The notes beneath the pieces are model-generated. The model was not told the origin of the DNA. It saw only the letters and a list, made by a program, of their open reading frames with translations, and did not search any database. A DNA stretch of 64,000 nt from Bacteroidota bacterium (GTDB lineage Bacteria > Bacteroidota > Bacteroidia > UBA8524), in NCBI GenBank assembly GCA_006226545.1, contig SBGR01000012.1, forward strand, positions 38,156 to 102,155. Reading direction: 5' to 3'. The position numbers and the translations under genes were made by a program. Shown here in pieces: positions 21,001 through 29,700 of this stretch. Numbering within the stretch: position 1 is the stretch's first letter; each line of letters starts with the position of its first letter.

Positions 21001-23644
21001 AAGCTCAGTTACATTGAGATTCTCAGCATTCAATTTGGATGCAGGTGATTACCTCCGTGTATTTGACGGTGCAGATGACATGGGTACTCCGTTGTATACT
21101 GGTGCCGGATTTACCGGTAGCATTGTTCCAACCGACTTAACTGCGTCAACCGGTAAAATGTATTTGCAGTTTATCAGTAACGGATCCGGTACACTTTCTG
21201 GATTTGAAGCAGCTTGGACATCCACAGCGAAAAATTTCGCTGCACCAGTAGCTGCATTCCGTGCTCCGGATACCCTTTATGTAGGAACAACCTTTACCTT
21301 CTTGAGTAACTCAACCGGTATTGATCCGGAGTTGAGATGGGATTTTGATAACGACGGTAATATTGATGCTACCGGAAGAACAGCTTCTCATACATTCACT
21401 ACCATCGGAACCCAATTGGTTCGTTTGACCATTGAAGATTGCGGTGGCCTTGACGGTGCTGTTAAAGCGATTACTGTTATTGCTCCTACAGCTGCTCCTT
21501 CACCTGATTTTGTGAGCGATTTCCGTACCATTACCTCAGGTCAAACGGTACGTTTCTACGATCGTTCTACTCAAGCTCCAGATTCTTGGGAGTGGATTTT
21601 TGCTCCAAACAAAGTAACCTTCATGGAAGGTACGGATATGTATTCTCAGAATCCTGTTGTTCGCTTTGATAGCGTTGCCAGCTACGATGTTACCTTAAAT
21701 GCATCGAATAGCTTCGGTACAGGAACTATTACAAAGAATGCAGCAATTCGTTCTGTTCAATATTGCTACCCTGGTGCAGGTTTGAATACCGACCTAGGTA
21801 TCACACGTGTAACATTTGCCGGTATCGACCAAGTATCACTTGTTGGTCCGGCTACCTATAGCGATTACTCTTTGAGCGTGGCTCCTGCTGCGGTACAAAA
21901 AGGATCTAGATATCCGATCATCATTGAAAGAGCAACTGCTAATGAAGACATGAGTCGTAAGGTATGGATCGACTTTAACGGTGATGGTGTATTTGGCCCA
22001 ACTGAAGAAGTAGCTTCTCATACTGCTGACAAATCATTGATGTGGATGGATTCCATTACCATTCCGGTAAGTGCGCAAGAAGGTTCTACCAGAATGCGTA
22101 TCGGAACAAGTTACGGTATCACGAATAACAGCGCTTGTGGTGTAAACCCTTACGGTGAGTTTGAAGACTATACTATTAACATCTACGAAAACTTAACCAG
22201 ACCGGTAATTACCTTGAATGGTTCTTCCGTGGTTTCGATTGAAGTAGGTTCAAACTACAACGACTCAGGTGCTACAGCTATGGATGATGTAGACGGTAAC
22301 TTATCGGCCTTCATCATTACAACTACCAACTTGAATACTCAGGTAGTTGGTACTTACTATGTTCGCTACAATGTTTCCGATAACAACGGTAACAGTGCGG
22401 AAGTTGAGCGTACGGTATACGTTACACCAGATATCACTCCTCCAGTGGTAACCTTGAATGGAACTACGCCAATGGCAGTGGTTGTTGGTACTCAATTTAT
22501 TGACCCAGGTGTTAATGCAATTGATTCTTACGACGGTGTAATTCCGGCTAGCGGAATCCAAGTATTCGGAACAGTGAACTCTTTGCAATTGGGTCAATAC
22601 ACTTTGACTTATACTGCAACGGATCAGGCCGGTAACATGGCCAGCGTTGTACGTATTGTGAATGTGGGTGATACCACCGTTCCACAGTTGTACTTGAAAG
22701 GTGCTGATACCATTGTAATCGCACTTGGACAAACCTTTGTAGATCCGGGTATTGTCGTATTAGACAATAACTCAAGCAACCTACCATTCAATGTAGACTA
22801 TACTGTTATTGACAATAGCGTAGTAGGTGATTATACTTTGACCTATACAGCAGTAGACAGTTCAGGTAATGTGGCTGTTCCGGTTTACCGTGTGGTTGCA
22901 GTGAGAGACTTAACGGCGCCTGTATTGAGCCTGGTAGGTGATACCGTTATCATCGAAGTGCATACTGCATTTGTTGATCCGGGTTACCATGTTAGCGATA
23001 ACTACGACCAAACTGTTCCAGTAAATGTTAATGGAGCTGTTGACACGGCCAAAACAGGTTTGTATGTGCTTTTCTACCAAGCAACAGACCAAGGTGGAAA
23101 CAACTCGGCTTTGCTTTACAGAATCGTACAAGTTCGTGATACGAAAGCGCCGGTTATCTCTTTGAATGGCGACAAATTCGTTACCCTCTGCCGTTGGGAA
23201 AGTTATACTGATCCGGGTTATACCGTGAGCGATAACTATGACCTAACTATTGAGGTAGAAGTTGAAAGCAGCTTGAAAGTGGAAACTGAAGGCTTGTACA
23301 GCATTCGCTATACAGCGCGCGATAAGGCGGGTAACGTAGCGATTGCAGCTGAACGCTTGATTAGAGTTATCGCTTGTGTAAACGGTGTAGCTCAGGCAAG
23401 TGAAAATCAAATTGAAGTTTATCCTAACCCAGGCCGCGGTGTATTCACCGTTCGCTTGAATGATGTAGCGACTCCAAGCGAAGTTAAAATCAGTGATTTG
23501 ACAGGTAAGATTTTGGATATCGCAGTTCAGCCAAGTACTGAAGGTGCGCAATTCGACATGACGCAGTTGCCTGCCGGTACCTACATGGTGATGGTGAACA
23601 CTTCAACAGGTCTAATCACTAAACGCATTCAAGTTATTCACTAA
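18095..23644 (+). CDS. giant secreted surface protein A (~1850 aa): signal peptide, GEVED, CARDB/Ig-like, beta-helix, PKD x2, CUB-like, PKD x2, GEVED, DUF5011/HYR-like x~6, T9SS type-A C-terminal sorting domain
   Basis: Track start 18062 is TTG; ATG 18095 gives the signal peptide MKVQQRRLSFLKQLKLHHIWLLAVLIVNPVLLHG-QN. Motifs seen include GDIEDYTLIV and GEFEDYTINIY (GEVED ends), IGADE (end of beta-helix), WDFDNDG (PKD), and repeated P.VITLNG…DPG…DNYD units. The C-terminus IEVYPNPGRGVFTVRL…GTYMVMVNTSTGLITKRIQVIH is a T9SS CTD. Confidence 0.9.
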   Translation: MKVQQRRLSFLKQLKLHHIWLLAVLIVNPVLLHGQNYCVPTVVNQANYNLGIANVSLGSISNNTGTPNPNNYYVDYSQTHITTANPGAFINYTLTAGNSNNTRFSIFVDWNQDGTFGVGNSEQVMLSGTINPNQSTSGSFQVPVSQTAGVYRIRIVGDLGSQTINPCVLNYTGDIEDYTLIVTSPAVDIVGVSSPTVPSLGNAAVELKVANISNGTVINTYEIGYRLDNGTPVTENLNTQNLAPASLRDHTFGTLLNITTPGTYTLKVWARNPNGLGSGTASNDTVYKTFKLCYPISGNFTINPNGVGPNNFTSFTDAVNQIVDCGINGPVHFAVAAGTYNEQITIPFINGSSATNTVTFDGGAGNYLTRVLSFNTVDINNRHVVRIDGAAYVSFRNLSIRSTGASYGWPVHIKANSQHVTFARNLIQSADYNTSTGSTNFIPVCISGSNTSYSSPASNTNNVRIDSNIIQGGYFNFTMWGGGTSTNNYDIWVRRNIHEAFYYYGLYAVNLSNIHIQWNQFTQRATTTTGGYGISLSSINSSGNLITEIEGNDIRRSHQYGIYLSSVNNNGQRGKLINNMAGAGAVSTAAITCYMTSSSNFDVWHNTFVNPSATTGTNNAALYINSSNNASVLNNIFNPSSVGSSAYAVYATSTTQFAAFDYNNFYKEGSDVSTPLIWMNNVLLNAKSLVGASGFNVNSISESPLFISNTNYRLSANGQSPFGSGNLGLTEDIDGDVRCTLFPSIGADESPFSVANQPNIIMPDTVYVNSPTPIYNSASAGEAKNHVWTINGGAAVFNSVHVNYTFNLVGLYDVKLSTESCSGTDTAYKQVVAVVPTQAPVSAFLADQNEADQGYPVQFTDQSTGGPSSWVWSITPATGVQFLGSSNDQNPSVVFNQVGEYEVCLIASNIAGQGNQLCRTAYIRVGEANNMCDQKTVSKSPTGKIFDTGGRNGDYANGSNCGFLIDPCASSVTLRFSAFNLDAGDYLRVFDGADDMGTPLYTGAGFTGSIVPTDLTASTGKMYLQFISNGSGTLSGFEAAWTSTAKNFAAPVAAFRAPDTLYVGTTFTFLSNSTGIDPELRWDFDNDGNIDATGRTASHTFTTIGTQLVRLTIEDCGGLDGAVKAITVIAPTAAPSPDFVSDFRTITSGQTVRFYDRSTQAPDSWEWIFAPNKVTFMEGTDMYSQNPVVRFDSVASYDVTLNASNSFGTGTITKNAAIRSVQYCYPGAGLNTDLGITRVTFAGIDQVSLVGPATYSDYSLSVAPAAVQKGSRYPIIIERATANEDMSRKVWIDFNGDGVFGPTEEVASHTADKSLMWMDSITIPVSAQEGSTRMRIGTSYGITNNSACGVNPYGEFEDYTINIYENLTRPVITLNGSSVVSIEVGSNYNDSGATAMDDVDGNLSAFIITTTNLNTQVVGTYYVRYNVSDNNGNSAEVERTVYVTPDITPPVVTLNGTTPMAVVVGTQFIDPGVNAIDSYDGVIPASGIQVFGTVNSLQLGQYTLTYTATDQAGNMASVVRIVNVGDTTVPQLYLKGADTIVIALGQTFVDPGIVVLDNNSSNLPFNVDYTVIDNSVVGDYTLTYTAVDSSGNVAVPVYRVVAVRDLTAPVLSLVGDTVIIEVHTAFVDPGYHVSDNYDQTVPVNVNGAVDTAKTGLYVLFYQATDQGGNNSALLYRIVQVRDTKAPVISLNGDKFVTLCRWESYTDPGYTVSDNYDLTIEVEVESSLKVETEGLYSIRYTARDKAGNVAIAAERLIRVIACVNGVAQASENQIEVYPNPGRGVFTVRLNDVATPSEVKISDLTGKILDIAVQPSTEGAQFDMTQLPAGTYMVMVNTSTGLITKRIQVIH
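20882..21233 (+). other. CUB-like domain inside gene A
   Basis: NMCDQKTVSKSPTGKIFDTGGRNGDYANGSNCGFLIDPCASSVTLRFSAFNLDAGDYLRVFDGADDMGTPLYTG…TGKMYLQFISNGSGTLSGFEAAWTS. The Cys spacing and the G.I.S..YP..Y..N..C.W.I / …F.LE….DYL.V.DG / GF.A.W pattern resemble CUB domains. Confidence 0.5.
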
Positions 23645-23660
23645 AAAAAAATAGCGTCGG

Positions 23661-23678
23661 GCGACACCTCGGTGTCGC
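23661..23678 (+). terminator. GC hairpin after gene A (no U-tract)
   Basis: GCGACACCtcGGTGTCGC immediately 3' of the stop. Confidence 0.3.
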
Positions 23679-23711
23679 TCGATTATATCCAAGAACATTA
23701 CAAAAGAAGAA

Positions 23712-26700
23712 ATGAAAGCTAGTAATATACGTAAGCTTATGCTCTGGATGCTAGGACTGGCATGGTCAGGACTGGCGCAGGCACAAACATACTGTTCGCC
23801 TGGAGCCACAAACGTTGCGAATTACGGATGTGGTATGCAGGAGGTGACGGTAGGGTCCATGACAAATTCGACTGGACAACCCAATTACCTTAATTACTAT
23901 TCCGATTATTCCTCACAGTTAGGAGCATCTGCAACAGCAGGTGCAATCGTGAACGTATCACTTCGCGCCGGTACCGGTAACTCTTCAAGATTTGGTATCT
24001 ACATCGACTGGAACAAAGACGGGGTCTTTGATGCCTCGGAGCAATTACTCTTAACAGGTACGGTTGGTGCTGGTTCTACTTACAATGGTAACATTACTGT
24101 GCCGGCTGCTCAGTCTACCGGTCTTTACAGAATGCGTATCGTAGGGGATATCAGTTTTGCCACAATTGACCCATGCGCATTGCAGTATACAGGTGAAATT
24201 GAAGACTACAGCTTTAGCGTTGTTGGTGCAAGCCTAGACGTTGCGGCAGTGGCAGGAACCAATTCATTAACTATTGGTAACAATACCCTAGCCTTGAATG
24301 TGGTTAACTTAACCTCGGCAACTACCCTTACCTCTCTTGATTTTGGTTACCGTTTAGATAATAATACTCCGGTTACCGAATCAGTAAATGGTTTGAACAT
24401 TGCCGGTGGTGGTTTCCACGAAAGAATCTTCAATACGGCATTGAATATTTCTACTCCGGGTATTTATACCTTGAAGATGTGGGTTCGTAACCCAAATGGT
24501 AACGGCGCCGGTATTGCCGGTAACGATACTGTAACCTATACTATTCAGGCTTGTTATCCTTTGAATGGTACTTATACCATCGACCCGAACGGATCTGGTG
24601 GTTCAAACTTTACCAGCTTCGCCGATGCGGTGAACTCACTTTCAATTTGTGGTATCAATGGTCCGGTTACGTTTAACGTAGCGGCAACCACATTTACAGA
24701 ACAAGTCAGCATTCCGTTTATTAGCGGCGTATCGTCTACCAATACCATCAACTTTGTTGGTGCCGGTAAGAACGCTACAACTTTAACTTATGGTAGCCAG
24801 ACTACAGATAGTCGCCATACCTTGCGTTTCGATGGTGCTGCTTTTGTGCAGTTCCGCGACATGACAGTTCGCTCAACCAATGGTTCATTTGGTTGGACCA
24901 TTCACCATACCGGTTCAGGTGGTGCGCAAAGCATCTTATTGAACAACTTGTCTATTGAATGTGCCGGCGGTGGCGCTAATACTACTAGCACTAACTTTAT
25001 AGGTGTAGTATACAGTGGTACAAACACAAGCTATACTTCAAACCTATTGGCATTCAATAACCGTGTTGATTCATGCGAAATTGATGGTGGTTACTTCAGT
25101 ATCAGTTTCTATGGTAACACAAGCACAAACGCTAACTATGGTAACTACTTTACTCACAATACCCTTACCAATGCCTACTACTACGGTTTCTATGCAAACT
25201 ACTTGAGTGAAATCAAGATTAAGAACAATACCGTTACTACCCGTACTTCAGGTACCACTACTACGGCTTCTTACGGTATGTATATCGTGAACAGCAATAA
25301 CAGCTATCCTTACCTTCATGAAATTGTAGGTAACAGAATCTACGATTGCGGTCGCTACGGTATTTACTTGAGCTCTACCAGTGGTTCAGTTGGTTCTAAA
25401 GGTATTATGGCCAATAACTTTATTGGTGGTAATTTTAGAAACACAAGTTTGGTAAACGCCATCTACATGAGCTATAGCAGCTGGTGGAATGTTTACTTCA
25501 ACAGTATTCACGTAGACAATAATGTAAACGGTGACGCTATTGGTATTTATGTAAACGGTAGTACAAATACCTTCACGTTGGACGTGCGTAATAACATGAT
25601 CCAAGTAACCGGTAACTCTACTAATCCACTAGCGGTTTATGCAAACTCTCATACACTCTTCTCTGAATTGGACTACAATAACTACTGGGTTACGAATTCT
25701 AGTAACCTGCTATTTGTAGGACAGACTTTGAATAAGAATGGTTTTGTTGGGGTGAATAATATGGACAATAACTCCAAAAATCTAGATGCACCTTACCAAA
25801 GCGCTACCAACCTTCGTTATACCAACGGTTGTATCAGTGGTATCTCTGTATCACAAGTAACCAAAGACATCGATGGTGATAACCGCACAAGCACACCAAA
25901 CATTGGAGCTGATGAGTTTATCAATACTTCAACCAATGATATTGGTATTGCTAAAATCTTAGAACCGGGTTCTCCAGTAACTACGGGTCAGCAAAATGTA
26001 GTTGTTCGTGTTAAAAATTACGGAACAAACACCATCAACTCAGCACAAGTTTCTTATACCTTAAACGGTGGTCAACCGGTAACCATTTCGTGGACCGGTA
26101 CACTATTGCCATGTGGTGAAATTGATGTAACCTTCAGCGGTGCTAATGCTGTGACTATCGGTCCTGGTGTTAATAGAATCAATGCTTACACAGCTCTTCC
26201 AGGTGGTAACTTGGATAACTTCCCTTCAAACGATGAATTGGAATTGACTGTTTGTCCTGCCATGAGCGGAACCTTCAGCATTGATGCAAACGGACAAGGC
26301 GCTAATAACTTCCGCAGCTTCACTGATGCGGTTGATGCCTTATCCTGCAGTGGCTTGAATGGTCCGGTAGTATTAAACGTGGCTCCAGGTACATACATTG
26401 AGCAGATTGCATTGAGAAACATCAACGGTGTTTCGGCTCAGAACAGCATTACCATTCAAGGACAAAGCGGACAAGCAGCTAGCACAGTATTGGGTTATAG
26501 CTCAGTGGTAAGTGCAGCACGTCACACACTATTATTGGATAACATGCAATATGTTACCATTAAAAACTTGACAATTCGCACACTCGGCACTAGCTATGGT
26601 TGGGCCCTCCATTTGATGGGAACAAGCTCAGATATCGCTATTGACTCTTGTAATATTGAAGTATTAGGTGGTGGTTCAACTTCTACCAGTACCAATTTTA

Positions 26701-29700
26701 TTGCGTTGATTCTGAACAATGATCCAATGAATACTGGATATGCTATTCAGTTTACCAATATCAGCGTTAAGAACTCAACCATCCGCAACGGATACTATGG
26801 TATTTATACCACAGGTAATGGTACCGGTAGTACAAATCTCTTGTTGGAGGACAACAAAATCTTGACGCCATACTACTATGGTATTTACCACAACAATTCG
26901 AATGCAGTTACCTTCTTAAATAATGAGGTAAACATGCGTATGAATAACGCCAACAGCTACGGTATGTACATTATCAATACCAACGCAAACTCGAATTACT
27001 ATTCACAAATCAACAATAATAAGGTTGTGAATGCGGGTCGTTATGGTATCTACTTCAGCTCGGCTAATAACACTACTTCATTCAGAGGTGAATTAATCAA
27101 TAACATGATTGGTGGAGGTTTTACCTCAACTTCATCTAGAGGACTTGCTTTATTGTCTTCTAACTACTGGAATGTATGGCATAACAGTGTAAATGTTGAT
27201 TACCAGCAGACCAGCACTACCGCTGCTGCTTTCTATACATCCGGTGCAAGCTACTTGGACGTACGTAACAACAATTTTGCCTTGACTCACCCTAACCAGA
27301 ATAGCGGTAGCATTTATCCGGTTTACATGAACGGATCTACCGGTTTGGTTTGTGACTACAACAACTACTTCAAAAATGGAAGCACTTCGAACTTTGTTCG
27401 TATCAGTGGTGTGAACTACAACGTCAACAACTTCAGAGGCGGTGGCGGATTTAACGTGAATTCATACTTCAGCGAACCTGGTTTCGTATCAGCTCAAGAT
27501 TTGCACGCTGGTAGTGGCTGTATGATCGCACCTCGTCTTACTCAGGTTACTGAAGACTTTGATGGCGATACACGTAATCCAAGTACCACAATTGGTGCAG
27601 ACGAAGGAATTGAGTTAGATGCATTGGTGAATGGACTTTTATCACCTTCCGGTACCAATATTTCAGGTACTCAAGATGTAGAGTTCTATGTGAAGAATGG
27701 TGGACAATCTACCGTTACTAGCTTCACTGCCGGTTACATGGTAAATGGTGCGAATACCGTAACCACGAACTGGTCAGGTGTTTTGAATCCATGTGATTCC
27801 GTACTTATCAGCTTTACAGGTGGTCAGGCGGCTACCATTCCAAATTCAGGCTTGGTTTCTATCGCCGGATTTATCGGTAATGTTAACGGAACAGGTGATG
27901 ATAACCTTCTAAATGATACAACAGCTGGAACATTCTGCAACGGTCCATTGGATGGTGTTTATACCTTGAACGCAACCAGTGCAGCTCCGCGTAACTTTAG
28001 TGATGTTACGAGCATGATGGCTGTATTGAATTCTTGCGGTATGAGCGGTAATGTTGAGGTGCAGGTAGCAGCTGGTGTTTATTCCGGTCAAATCTTCTTG
28101 AACCCGGCAACTATCAGCGGCTTAGGTACCTATACGTTTGCAATGCACGGTATAGATTCAGCTAGCTCTGTGATTACTTACAATGGCGGCGGTTATACCT
28201 TGCGCTTGAATGGCGTAAGTAACTCAGTATTCACAAACCTAGGTTTTGAGAATACGGCTACCAGCAGTGCCTTTACGGTTCACTTGACCAATGGTTCTGA
28301 TAATAACTTGTTCAGCCATTGCGATATCAGCGCTCCGTCAGTGAGTAACTCTTCAGTTATTGCTTACGGTGTTTTCGGACCGAGCTCTTATTCTCAGACA
28401 GGTTCAAACTGGGGTAATAACAATATCTTGGAATACTCTACTGTTCGCGGTGGATGGATTGGAACCAACTTCTACGGTTCAGGTAATACCAGCATCATGT
28501 CGCAAGGCAATACGGTAAGAAACTGTGTGATTACAGATGCTTACTACTATGGTGCATACAACTACTTCCAGCAAGGTTCGGTTTATACCGATAACAGAAT
28601 GGATATTCCATCTACAGCTTCAGGTGTGATTTACTTCTCTTACTGTCCTGAAGTGGATGTTCAACGTAATATTCTACTTGGTGGTAGTACCTACGGTATC
28701 TACATGAACCAGGTGAGCCCAAGCAGCGGTTCGGGTCAGTCTAATATCATCAACAACATGATTGGTGGTATGTACACTACCGGTACTTCTTACGGTATTT
28801 ACAATATCAATACCTACAATACTCGCTTCTATCACAATACGGTTTATGTGAGTAATACAAGCAATACCGGACGTGCATTCTACAATAGCAGTGGTAGCGG
28901 TAACCAATTGGTGAACAATACCTTCATCTCAGACGCACCAAACGGTTATGCGATGTACTTGAGCACCAACAATACCTTCACTACCATCAACTACAATAAC
29001 CTCGTTTCAGCAAGTACAAACTTGGCTTATACTTGGGGTAGTACTTATTTCGACTTGCCATCATTGCAAGCTTCGAATACCACCTACAACGTGAATTCGG
29101 TATCAACCATGCCTCAATTCATCTCTCAAACGAATGTCACACCAGACCTTCACATCAACCAAAACTGGCAAGCACCTTACGGTGACAATACCTTGGGTGT
29201 AACTGTGGATGTTGACGGTGACTTCCGTTGTGCAAGTGCCAAAACAATTGGTGCGGATGAGTCTGGTTTTATCGATCCGGTAAGCGTTCAGTTTACAGTT
29301 AATGATACTGTATTCGTAAACAGCCCGTTCACGGCTATCAATGCTGATCTTCCAGGTTCACTTCGTTCATACGAGTGGGATTTCAATAACGACGGTAGTG
29401 TTGAATTCACTACCCTGAATGCAACTTATACTTACAATAGTCCTGGTGTGAAGCAAATTAAGCTGACCAGCCGCTCTTGTAACGGTGGCGACAGTGTTAT
29501 TAAAAATGTAGTGGTTGTTACTCCGACGGCTGCTCCTGAAGCAGACTTTATCGCCGACATGTATTCTGCAGCTCCGTTTGACGAGGTGCGTTTGCAAGAC
29601 TTGAGTACCAATGGTCCTATCGGTTGGATTTGGGAAATTACCCCTGATCCGAACAGCTTGATCTTCTATGATCCATACGATCAGAACCCTACAGTATTCT

